DNA from: Acidobacteriota bacterium
Lineage (GTDB): Bacteria > Acidobacteriota > Thermoanaerobaculia > UBA5066
Length of the DNA: 47,810 nucleotides
Assembly (NCBI GenBank): GCA_037443065.1
Contig: JBBIPB010000004.1
Coordinates: forward strand, 1 to 47,810
Direction: 5' to 3'
This document shows positions 27,818 through 36,213 of this stretch, in pieces. A program made the position numbers and the translations under genes. The first letter of the stretch is position 1, and the number at the start of each line of letters is the position of its first letter. The notes below the pieces were generated by a model. That model had not been told where the DNA came from. It did not search any database and saw only the letters and a list, made by a program, of their open reading frames with translations.

Positions 27818-30421
27818 GTGCCCGCCGCCATGCGCTACGCCTCCCTCCGCCCCCGGTTCGAGCCGTTCCTCCTCTCGGTGGAGCGTCCGGGGCGCTATCT
27901 CGGCCTCGAGCGGAACGTGACACGGAAGGAGCTCGCGACCCGCGCCGTCACCGTCTGCATCGCCTTCCCCGACACCTACGAGATCGGGATGAGCCACACG
28001 GGGACGAAGATCCTCTACGAGATCGTGAACCGGCGGGAGACGTGGGCCTGCGAGCGGACGTACGCCCCGTGGGTCGACTTCGAGGCCGTGATGCGGCGGG
28101 AGAGGATTCCCCTCTTCACGGCCGAGTCGTTCGCCCCCGTCCGCGACTTCGACGTCCTCGGCATCTCGCTCCAGAGCGAGCTGAACTACACGAACGTCCC
28201 GAATCTCCTCGACCTCTCGGGAATTCCGGTCCTCGCGTCGGACCGGGAGGACGGCGACCCACTCGTCGTCGGCGGGGGGCCGTGCGTCGCGAATCCCGAG
28301 CCGGTGGCCGATTTCTTCGACCTCTTCCTGATCGGAGACGGCGAGGAGGCCTTCCCGAGCCTTCTCGACGAGGTGGAGCGGACGAAGGGCCTCCCGCGCC
28401 GGGAGCGCCTCCTCCGTTTCGCCGCGATCCCGGGGATCTACGTCCCCTCCTACTACGACGTCGAATACGACGGCGACCGGGTCGTCTCGTACCGTCCGAA
28501 CGCTCCCGGCGTCCCGGAGCGCGCCGCGCGCGTCTGGGTCGAGAAGCTCTCGGCGGAGGTCTACGCCGCGAAGCCGATGGTCCCCTCCGTCGAGATCGTC
28601 CAGGACCGGCTCGGCCTCGAGATCATGCGGGGCTGCACGCAGGGGTGCCGCTTCTGCCAGGCCGGCTACTGGTACCGCCCCGTCCGCGAGCTGGACCCGG
28701 CCGACGTGGCTCGCGCCACGAAGGCGTTCCTCGACGAGGCGGGGTGGAGCGAGGTCGGGCTCCTCTCGCTCTCGTCGGCCGACTATTCCCAGATCGAGCC
28801 GCTCGTCGCCTGCCTCGCACCGGAGCTCGCGAAGACCAAGGTGTCGATCTCGCTCCCGTCGCTCCGGGCCGAAGCGTTCTCGGTTGCGCTTGCGGATGCC
28901 GTCTCGGAGGTGAGGAAGTCGGGCTTCACCTTCGCCCCCGAGACCGGCTCCGATCGTCTCCGGCGCGTGATCAACAAGACCTTCACGAACGCCGACATGG
29001 TGCAGGCCGCCGACGTCGCCTTCGGGCGCGGGTGGGACCTGATCAAGGTCTACACGATGATCGGACTCCCGACGGAGAGCGACGCGGACCTCGACGCGCT
29101 CCTGACCCTCGTCCGGGAGATCCTCGGTCAGGGGCGGAAGCACGGGATCCGCCCCACCGTCCACGTCTCGATCGGCTCCTTCGTCCCGAAGAGCTTCACG
29201 CCGTTCCAGTGGTCGCCGTTCGACGGCGTCGAGAGGCTGGAGAGGAAGCTCGCCTTTCTGAAGGAGAGGTTCCGGACGGTCAAGGGGGCGAAGCTGAAGT
29301 GGCACGCGCCGAAGGAGGCCGAGATCGAGGCGCTCCTCTCGCTCGGTGACCGCCGGATGTCGAAGGCTCTCCTCGAGGTCTGGAGGCGGGGCGGCCGGTT
29401 CGATGGCTGGTCCGAACATTTCTCGTGGGAGAGATGGAACGAGGCTCTCGAAGCTGCCGGGATCCCGAAGGAGCGTCACCTCCGCCAGAAGGATCTCAAG
29501 GAAACCCTACCGTGGGACGTCGTCGACGCCTCCATCCGGAAGCCTTTCCTCGTCGTCGAGTGGAAGAAATCACTCCAGGAAGGCGAGACGGAAGACTGCA
29601 AGTGGGGGCACTGCTACGCCTGCGGCGTCCCCGGCGACGGCGAGGATACCGTCCTCGCAGCTCCGTTGCCCGCGAGCTTCTCGTTCGATTCGACGTCTTT
29701 ACTACCTAGCGCTCCGCCGGCCGGTGTCAAGGGTCCGGGACCGCAAAGCGGCGCGCAAGGCGCGCCCTTGACACCGGCCGCCGGAGCGACAGATTCGCTT
29801 CTATCGGCGGCTGCACCTGCAGCCGCCGCATATAGGAAAAAACCCCTACCAGACCTTCCTTCTCTGTCGTCGCGCCGAAAAATCGGGGATGGCCGTGCGG
29901 CGCCCGTACCCGCGACCGCCCGGACGTACCGCATCTCGTTCGAGAAGGTCGGGGACGCGCGGTATCTCTCGCACCGGAACGTCATGGACCTCCTCGAGCG
30001 CGCCTTCCGGGCCGCGCGCGTTCCCGTCCGCTACACAGAGGGGTACAACCCGCACATCCGGATGTCGATGGGGCCGGCGCTTCCGCTCGGGCAGGAGTCG
30101 AGACACGAGCTTTTCGATGTCGACACTCTCGACGTCCTCACGGACGAGCACCTCGCCGCCCTGAATGCCCGCTTGCCCGAAGGCGTCCGGGTCACCGGCT
30201 GGGCCGAGCTTCCAAAGGGTGCCCTCTCGCTCGGCAAGGCGGCGACCGAGGCCGTCTACCGCTTCGTCCTCCCGGACGGCGAGACCCGCGTCGAGCGGCT
30301 CCGGATCGCCGGCGAGGGCGCGACGACGCCGAAGAGATTCCTCGAGTCGACCTACGGCCTCGCCCCCGAGGACCAGCACGGCATCCGGGTCGTTCGGGAA
30401 GAGACCGTCCTGATCGCCTAG
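27818..30421 (+). CDS. TIGR03960-type B12-binding radical SAM fused to TIGR03936 (DUF2344) domain
   Basis: VERPGRYLGLERN, AFPDTYEIGMSH, RGCTQGCRFCQAG, FAPETGSDRLR, FVPKSFTPFQW, C-terminal YLSHRN...YTEGYNPH...GPALPLG. Start could be ATG 27830. Confidence 0.9.
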   Translation: MPAAMRYASLRPRFEPFLLSVERPGRYLGLERNVTRKELATRAVTVCIAFPDTYEIGMSHTGTKILYEIVNRRETWACERTYAPWVDFEAVMRRERIPLFTAESFAPVRDFDVLGISLQSELNYTNVPNLLDLSGIPVLASDREDGDPLVVGGGPCVANPEPVADFFDLFLIGDGEEAFPSLLDEVERTKGLPRRERLLRFAAIPGIYVPSYYDVEYDGDRVVSYRPNAPGVPERAARVWVEKLSAEVYAAKPMVPSVEIVQDRLGLEIMRGCTQGCRFCQAGYWYRPVRELDPADVARATKAFLDEAGWSEVGLLSLSSADYSQIEPLVACLAPELAKTKVSISLPSLRAEAFSVALADAVSEVRKSGFTFAPETGSDRLRRVINKTFTNADMVQAADVAFGRGWDLIKVYTMIGLPTESDADLDALLTLVREILGQGRKHGIRPTVHVSIGSFVPKSFTPFQWSPFDGVERLERKLAFLKERFRTVKGAKLKWHAPKEAEIEALLSLGDRRMSKALLEVWRRGGRFDGWSEHFSWERWNEALEAAGIPKERHLRQKDLKETLPWDVVDASIRKPFLVVEWKKSLQEGETEDCKWGHCYACGVPGDGEDTVLAAPLPASFSFDSTSLLPSAPPAGVKGPGPQSGAQGAPLTPAAGATDSLLSAAAPAAAAYRKKPLPDLPSLSSRRKIGDGRAAPVPATARTYRISFEKVGDARYLSHRNVMDLLERAFRAARVPVRYTEGYNPHIRMSMGPALPLGQESRHELFDVDTLDVLTDEHLAALNARLPEGVRVTGWAELPKGALSLGKAATEAVYRFVLPDGETRVERLRIAGEGATTPKRFLESTYGLAPEDQHGIRVVREETVLIA
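29710..29788. repeat. 79-bp palindromic element within a coding linker
   Basis: 24-bp inverted repeats cgctccgccggccggtgtcaaggg / cccttgacaccggccgccggagcg (1 mismatch), enclosing hairpins ccgc-aaa-gcgg and cgcgc-aag-gcgcg. Confidence 0.85.
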
Positions 30422-30430
30422 ACTCGGCTC

Positions 30431-30805
30431 ATGCCCTGGACCGTCCGCTGCCACGCGACCTTCGAGGCGGCGCACCACCTCGTCGACTACGTCGGCGGAC
30501 CGGAGCCGGTCCACGGGCATTCGTGGAAGATCGAGATCGCCCTCGGCGTCGAGTCTCTCGACGCCTACGACCTCTCCGTCGACTTCGTCCCGACGGAAGC
30601 GTTCGTGAAGGGGCTCGCCTCGCGCCTTCACAACCGTGACCTCAACACCGTTCCCCCCTTCGACCGGAAGAACCCGAGCGCCGAGAACGTCGCCCTCTGG
30701 CTGGCGGACGAGATCCGAAAGGCCGGGCTCCTCACGGACGGCGTCCGTCTGGAGGAGGTCACGGTGTGGGAAGGGCCGAGAAACTCGGTGACATACAGAC
30801 CATGA
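30431..30805 (+). CDS. 6-pyruvoyl-tetrahydropterin synthase/QueD family protein, PTPS-III-type motif
   Basis: FEAAH, EPVHGHSW (ExxHGH, no catalytic Cys), VDF, LHNRDLN, NPSAENVA, VWE. Confidence 0.88.
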   Translation: MPWTVRCHATFEAAHHLVDYVGGPEPVHGHSWKIEIALGVESLDAYDLSVDFVPTEAFVKGLASRLHNRDLNTVPPFDRKNPSAENVALWLADEIRKAGLLTDGVRLEEVTVWEGPRNSVTYRP

Positions 30806-31575
30806 GCGAACTCTTCCTTCTCTGCGTTCACGGATATCCCCTCGACCGGCGGATGTGGGGGCCGCTCGCCGAGCGGCTGGAACATGGCGGCGCGCTCCGC
30901 GTCGCCGCTCCCGACCTTCGCGGTCGCGGGTCATCGACGCGTTCCGCCGCCGACATTCACGGCATGTCGCTCTTTGCCGACGACCTCGCGGCCGATCTTC
31001 CCGCGCTCGTCCCGGGCAAGGCTCCGTTTCTTCTCTGCGGCTTCTCGATGGGGGGCTATGTCTCGTTCGAGTTCCTCCGTCGCCACGGCGCGCGGCTGCG
31101 CGGCCGTCTGAAGGGGCTCGTCCTCTGCGACACGAAAGCGACGGCAGACGACGCGGCGGGACGGACGAAGCGAAAGGAAGCGATCGAGGCGATCCGGAAA
31201 ACCGGGATCGGCGCGGCACTCGAAGCGATGGCTCCGAAGCTCCTCTCACCGAAGTCGAAGGGGACGCCGGCCGAGGCGCTCGTCCGCGACATGATTTCGT
31301 CCACTCCTCCTGCGACGGCCGTGGCCGACCTCGCGGGCCTCGCCCTCCGGAGCGACGCCTTCGACGTTCTCGGCGCGTTCGACCGCCCCGTCCTCGTCGT
31401 CTGCGGCGAGGACGACGCGATCACGCCGGCCTCCGACGCCGAGGCGATGACGGCGGAGTGCACGAGCGCGCCGTTCGTTCGGCTCTTCACCGTGCCGAAA
31501 GCGGGGCATATGGCGCCGCTCGAGCGGCCGGGCGAAGTCGCCTCCGCGATCGCGGACCTCGCGAAGCGGGTCTGA
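30802..31575 (+). CDS. Alpha/beta hydrolase (PcaD-like)
   Basis: HGYP, APDLRGRG, GFSMGG, GEDDAITP, AGHMAPLE; ATGA overlap with the PTPS gene. Confidence 0.9.
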   Translation: MSELFLLCVHGYPLDRRMWGPLAERLEHGGALRVAAPDLRGRGSSTRSAADIHGMSLFADDLAADLPALVPGKAPFLLCGFSMGGYVSFEFLRRHGARLRGRLKGLVLCDTKATADDAAGRTKRKEAIEAIRKTGIGAALEAMAPKLLSPKSKGTPAEALVRDMISSTPPATAVADLAGLALRSDAFDVLGAFDRPVLVVCGEDDAITPASDAEAMTAECTSAPFVRLFTVPKAGHMAPLERPGEVASAIADLAKRV

Positions 31576-31608
31576 AATCCAGGGGTGTCTCTTCGTCCGT
31601 CGGCCGCG

Positions 31609-32004
31609 TCACAGAACGCGGAAGAACTCGTTCTTCCCGAGACTCCGATCGAACGTCGCGGTATCCGAGCATCCCGCCGAACGGTTCCGGACGCCGATCA
31701 GACAGTCGGAGAAGTCTCCCCGCCCCTCCCGAAACTGAGCGAGCGCCTGCCGGACCAGCTCCCGGTCCTCAAGGACGAGCCTCGGCGTCGCGAGCATCCT
31801 GTCGAGCACCGTGACGAGCGCCTCCTTCCCGAAGCCGTAGGCGCTTCGGAGCACCCAGGTGATCTCGCAGAGAACGATGACGCTGACGAAGGCCCGCTCC
31901 CCTTCCGCGACGATCGTCGTCACGAGCCGGTCGACCTTCCGGGCCTGGGCCGCGTCGTCCTGCGTCAGGTAGCGGATCAGGACGTTCGTGTCGAGCCCCT
32001 TCAT
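31609..32004 (-). CDS. vapC: VapC-family PIN-domain toxin
   Basis: LDTNVLIRYL, E-x-x-WVL, DFSDCLI, TFD. Confidence 0.9.
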   Translation of the reverse strand: MKGLDTNVLIRYLTQDDAAQARKVDRLVTTIVAEGERAFVSVIVLCEITWVLRSAYGFGKEALVTVLDRMLATPRLVLEDRELVRQALAQFREGRGDFSDCLIGVRNRSAGCSDTATFDRSLGKNEFFRVL

Positions 32005-32270
32005 CGCCGGCCCTTCACCGAAGGCCGCCTCCGACCGACGAGGTGCCGCGCAATGGCCGCATCCATCTCCGCGAGCCCCACGGGGGCTCTTCCCTCCCGC
32101 CTCAGCATTCCCTTGAGGTCAGTCAGGTCCGAGACCCCCGGCTGCAGGACGATCCGCCCCGCCTCGTCGGTCACGAAGTCGATGAGGTCGCCGGCCTTCA
32201 CCTTCAGGTACTCCCGGACCGGCTTCGGAACCGTGATCTGGCCTTTCGACGTGACGGTGGCGGTTGGCAT
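32001..32270 (-). CDS. vapB: AbrB/MazE/SpoVT-family antitoxin (VapB)
   Basis: TATVTSKGQITVPKPVREYL...GDLIDF; ATGA overlap with vapC. Confidence 0.9.
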   Translation of the reverse strand: MPTATVTSKGQITVPKPVREYLKVKAGDLIDFVTDEAGRIVLQPGVSDLTDLKGMLRREGRAPVGLAEMDAAIARHLVGRRRPSVKGRR

Positions 32271-32314
32271 TTCCTTACCTCGCTGGGAATTCCTTACCTG
32301 AGGAAGGAATCATA
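32271..32314 (-). promoter_or_regulatory. vapBC promoter and probable autoregulatory operator
   Basis: TATGAT -10 (32309-32314), direct repeats ttccttacct (32271-32280 and 32290-32299), inverted partial copy aggaaggaat (32301-32310). Confidence 0.6.
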
Positions 32315-32347
32315 TCGCGATTGCGGAGCTCACGAAGGGCTCTTAGG

Positions 32348-32369
32348 CCGGGGGGCTTCAGCCCCCCGG
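32348..32369 (-). terminator. GC hairpin downstream of the radical SAM gene (terminator or REP-like)
   Basis: ccggggggc-ttca-gccccccgg, a 9-bp stem just after the stop at 32377; no U-tract. Confidence 0.45.
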
Positions 32370-32376
32370 GCCCCCC

Positions 32377-34251
32377 TCACTTCCCCGTCGCCGGCGTGAG
32401 GGTCGGGAGCATCGTCGGCGGCGCGGGTGTCGCCGTGCGCGCGGCGACGGGAAGCTCCACGGGGGGCGCCGACGGGGTGTAGGCCGGGAGCGGGATCCGC
32501 GCACCCCCGGCGTAGACCGGGTGGCGTCCCTTTTCCTTGTACCACTGGGCCAGCGTCGCGCTCTGGTGCATCTCCTCGACGATCTTCCGCCACCCGGCTC
32601 CCGTGTTGTAGGCGCAGAAGGAGATCTCGCCGAGCTGCGTGCCGTACGGAATGATGCACATCTCCGTCCGCCGGAAGTCGTAGTTGAAGAGGTCCTGAAA
32701 CCACATTCCCGCGACGAGAAGGACGCGCCACGGATGCCGGCCCGACTTCGAGATCCCCATCGACTTCCCCGTGTGGCCGTCGAGGACCTTGAGCGTCTCG
32801 AGGAGACCGAGGTTCTCCGGCACGCCGTCCGGGCGGATGTTCCGGGCAACGGCGAGAGCCGTCTGGAGAATCGTCAGGAACCTTTCCCGCGCCGAGTCGG
32901 TGATGGCGGTCAGGTCTCGCAGGAGCCGGTCGGCGTCGAGGACCTGCGTCACGGGGATCGCCTGCCCCGTCTCGGGCCGGACGAGGACCATCGTCGCGAT
33001 GCCGCAGTTCGGGTGGCAGCCGCACTTGAGCGAGCCCCAGTCGGCCTCGAGCCCTCCGAGGAGGTCGCGAAGGTCGCTGAAGGGGCCCGAGGCCGAAAGG
33101 GGGAACCAGTCGCGCATCGGCTCGCCCACCCCGGCCTGGTTCTTCACGTCGTGGGCGAGGTGGGAGAGGGTGTAGCGCTGCTTCTTCCGGGTCTCGTCGT
33201 CGATCTCCTCGTCCCGCCCCGTGAAGGAGACCGGCTGGAAGGAGAGGGCGTTGATCTTGTCGACGTTCTTGACGGCGAACCGGATGATCTCGCCCACCTG
33301 GTCGTCGTTCACGCCGTTGACGATGGTGATGACCAGGGTCGCGTCGATCCCGGCCGCCTTGAGCGTGTCGAGGGCGGCCAGCTTCACGTCGTAGAGGTTC
33401 GAGACGCCCCGGTGGTCGTTGTGCTCGTTCCCGATACCGTCGAACTGGAGGTACGCGAGGCGGAGGCCCGCCTCGGCCGCGGCCTTCGCGAAGCCGGGCT
33501 CCTGGGCGAACCGGACGCCGTTCGTCGCGCACTGGACCGAGAAGTACCCCAGCTCGCGCGCGTACCGGATCGCCGGAAGGAAATGCGGGGACAGCGTCGG
33601 CTCGCCGCCGGAGAACTGGACGGACATCTGCCGGCGCGGCTTGATGGAGGCCGCGTTGTCCAGGATCTCCTTGATGTCCTCCCACGTCAGCTCGTGGACG
33701 TATCCCACCTGGTTCGCGTCCATGAAGCAGGGGTTGCACATCATGTTGCAGCGGTTCGTCAGGTCGACGGTGAGGACGGCCCCGCGGCCGTGGCGAATCG
33801 ACGACGAGCCGTGGTCGTGCAGGGTGTCCTTCGCGATCTTCACGTCGCGGCCGAAGAAGTTCTCCTCCAGCCGGGCGAAGAAGGCGGCGTCGGTCGACAT
33901 CAGGTCCTCGAACGTGCCGTGCTTCGGGCACGTCTTGACCATCCAGATCTCGTTTCCCTTCTGGACGATGTCGGCGGGGATCTCGCCGGGTCGCCCGTCG
34001 ACGAGGTCCCGAAGCTCGCGCTTTCCGCGGAGGATGTCGTCGCGGACTTCCTTCGTGCATGTGGGACAGAGGGAGTCGGTCCGCCGGGGAAAGCCGAGGG
34101 GGGGCTTCGTCCGCTCCCAGCTCTTCGGAAGCGGTTCCGGCGACCACGCCGGCTGGAACGAGCGGGCCGGTACACGCCGGTTCACCCACTGGAACCCGTT
34201 CCACGCCGCGTTTGCCGCCGTCCGGACCGCCCGATAGACCGTTTTCCTCAT
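32377..34251 (-). CDS. tes: MJ0619-family radical SAM; tetraether lipid synthase (Tes/GDGT-MAS) homolog
   Basis: SLCPTC...KTCPKHG rubredoxin-like N-terminus, DLTNRCNMMCNPCF, QFSGGEPT, YLQFDG, FQPVSFTGR, CHPNCG, FQDLFNYDFRR...CIIPY...ISFCAYN; AGGAG SD before ATG 34251. Confidence 0.8.
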   Translation of the reverse strand: MRKTVYRAVRTAANAAWNGFQWVNRRVPARSFQPAWSPEPLPKSWERTKPPLGFPRRTDSLCPTCTKEVRDDILRGKRELRDLVDGRPGEIPADIVQKGNEIWMVKTCPKHGTFEDLMSTDAAFFARLEENFFGRDVKIAKDTLHDHGSSSIRHGRGAVLTVDLTNRCNMMCNPCFMDANQVGYVHELTWEDIKEILDNAASIKPRRQMSVQFSGGEPTLSPHFLPAIRYARELGYFSVQCATNGVRFAQEPGFAKAAAEAGLRLAYLQFDGIGNEHNDHRGVSNLYDVKLAALDTLKAAGIDATLVITIVNGVNDDQVGEIIRFAVKNVDKINALSFQPVSFTGRDEEIDDETRKKQRYTLSHLAHDVKNQAGVGEPMRDWFPLSASGPFSDLRDLLGGLEADWGSLKCGCHPNCGIATMVLVRPETGQAIPVTQVLDADRLLRDLTAITDSARERFLTILQTALAVARNIRPDGVPENLGLLETLKVLDGHTGKSMGISKSGRHPWRVLLVAGMWFQDLFNYDFRRTEMCIIPYGTQLGEISFCAYNTGAGWRKIVEEMHQSATLAQWYKEKGRHPVYAGGARIPLPAYTPSAPPVELPVAARTATPAPPTMLPTLTPATGK

Positions 34252-34377
34252 GCCCCCACTCCTGAAATCTCTCCGAGAAGCTCTTCCCAAAAGCGCCTTT
34301 TCTGTCCGTCGAACGGCTGCGGGAAGACGCTGACATTAGCATGGGCGACGCGTGGTTCCTTCGCCGGACTGCGGATT

Positions 34378-35526
34378 CTAGAGACCGAATCTCGCCGGGG
34401 AGAACGGCGCGGGCGGCAGCGGCGGCGTCCGCCCCGTCAGGAGGTCGGCGAGCAGGAGAGCGAACGCCGGGGCGAGGAGGAGTGCGGCCGCGCCATCCCC
34501 CGCCGCCACGAAAAGCCCAGGGAGGGCCGTCTCGCCGAGGATCGGCCTTCCGTCCGGCGAGGCGGAGGCGAGCGACGTCCACGAGTCGAGGAGCGGGTAG
34601 GCAACCACCGCCGGGATGAGGGTCGCCGCCGCCGCCACGAGATCGGCCGCCTCTCCGGCCGAGACGTGCGGCGCGAGCCCGTCGTCCGCCGCTCCCGCGA
34701 CGACGAGCGTCCCGTCCCGGCGCGGGACGAGAAGAACGCGCGTCCCGTGGACGAACCGCGTCAGCCGGTCGGCGTCAGCCGAGGCGTCGAGAAGGAGGTG
34801 CGGCGTCCGGACCGCTCCGGCCGGAAGCGCCGGAAGAGCGGCGACGCGAGACGTCGCCGCGCCGGCTGCGACGACGACGGCGTCGGAGCGGAGGAGCCCC
34901 TGCGGTGTTTCGACCCCCGCGATGCAGCCGGCCTCGATGTGGAGAGTCGGGACGGCCACGGGACCGGACACAAGCGCGCCCGCCCGGCGGGCCGCGAGAA
35001 GGAGGGCCCGCGCAAGTCGCGCCGGCGCGAGCTGGCCGTCCCCTGGAAAGGAGAACGCCGCGCGGACGGCGACAGACAGAGACGGTTCCCGCGAGCGCGC
35101 CTCCTCGGCCGGGAGGACCTCGAATGGCAGTGCGCGCGCCCGCTGCCAGTCGAGCGCCCGGTCGAAGAGGACTTCCTCCGCCTCGGTCATCGCTGCGGCC
35201 AGGCCGCCGCGCACGTCGTACTCGCACGCGAGACCCGTCTCCTCCTCGAGCGCCTCGACCCAGTCGCCGAAGAGATGTCGCGAGAGGAGGGAGAGGTCCC
35301 GGAGCAGCTCCGGAGCGGGGCCTGGACGAGACTGCGCGTCGACGGCGCCGGATGGAAGGGCGGGTGACCGGGCGGAGAACCCTTCCGCGTCGCCGAGGTC
35401 GAGGACGACCGTTTCGACACCCCGCCGGGCGAGGGTGAGGCCGAGAGAGAGGCCCGTAAGGCCGGCTCCGAGGACGACGACGTCGGCGCGTCCCGGCCCG
35501 GGCGCGGGTTTTCCGGCGAGGCTCAG
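34378..35526 (-). CDS. FAD-dependent oxidoreductase, glycine oxidase ThiO/DAO family
   Basis: DVVVLGAGLTG, DAVVVAAGA, LVPRRDG, ASPDGRPILG, LLLAP, PFSPARF. Start inferred at CTG 35526. Confidence 0.8.
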   Translation of the reverse strand: MSLAGKPAPGPGRADVVVLGAGLTGLSLGLTLARRGVETVVLDLGDAEGFSARSPALPSGAVDAQSRPGPAPELLRDLSLLSRHLFGDWVEALEEETGLACEYDVRGGLAAAMTEAEEVLFDRALDWQRARALPFEVLPAEEARSREPSLSVAVRAAFSFPGDGQLAPARLARALLLAARRAGALVSGPVAVPTLHIEAGCIAGVETPQGLLRSDAVVVAAGAATSRVAALPALPAGAVRTPHLLLDASADADRLTRFVHGTRVLLVPRRDGTLVVAGAADDGLAPHVSAGEAADLVAAAATLIPAVVAYPLLDSWTSLASASPDGRPILGETALPGLFVAAGDGAAALLLAPAFALLLADLLTGRTPPLPPAPFSPARFGL

Positions 35527-36119
35527 GTGATTTCCCCCTTCGCCTCGAGGACCGGGCCGTTTCCGGGAACTTCGGGCGGGCCGTAGAGCCGCGCGACATG
35601 GGCGAGCGCGGCCCGTCCAACGGCGCGGACCGCAGCGTAGTTCAGCGCGGCGGAGGCGACCACGCCCGCGAGCGGGACGAGATGCGCCGCCTCGCGCCCC
35701 GCGATCCGGATTGCGAGGCGTCCCGCGACCTCTTCGGCGGCCCGCGCCGTGAGCCGCCGGGAGACGTTCAGGCCCGCGCCGGCCGCGATGCCGGCCAGCA
35801 CCTCGAGCGCCCGCTCCTCGGGCTCCGGAGTTCCTCCGTAGAGGACGTGGAGGCCGACGATGAGCCGGCTCTGGAGAATGATGAGGGCGGAGAGCTCGGG
35901 CGCCACCGCCGCCAGCGAGGCCCAGCCCGGCGGAAGGCTCGCGAGGGCGCCGACCGCGGCGGCCCGGCGCGCGGTACGGCGGATCATCTGCTCCCCTCTC
36001 TGCCGGGTCGTGAGGTCGGGGTGGCGCACTGAGAAAGCGTGCACATCGGCCCGGATGTCCTCGAGGTCCAGCTCGTGCGTCGCCTTCTTCACCAGCGTCA
36101 GAAACGTCTCGGCCAGCAT
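35523..36119 (-). CDS. EcsC-like hypothetical protein
   Basis: GGAGG SD then MLAETF; Gly/Ala-rich helices (AAAVGALASLPPG; LVPLAGVVASAALN). Confidence 0.6.
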   Translation of the reverse strand: MLAETFLTLVKKATHELDLEDIRADVHAFSVRHPDLTTRQRGEQMIRRTARRAAAVGALASLPPGWASLAAVAPELSALIILQSRLIVGLHVLYGGTPEPEERALEVLAGIAAGAGLNVSRRLTARAAEEVAGRLAIRIAGREAAHLVPLAGVVASAALNYAAVRAVGRAALAHVARLYGPPEVPGNGPVLEAKGEIT

Positions 36120-36213
36120 GGTCCGCCCTCCGGTCGGCGTTCGGTCTATCATCCGTCGGCGCCGCCGGCCCGACAAGGCGCCGGGGCAATCCCGCCCTCC
36201 AAAGGAGGTTCCT

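Noticed and set aside
29837-29842. A6 run in the radical SAM linker as a frameshift or phase-variation site
   Set aside because: The run is short, the ORF is already continuous, and no alternative product is evident.
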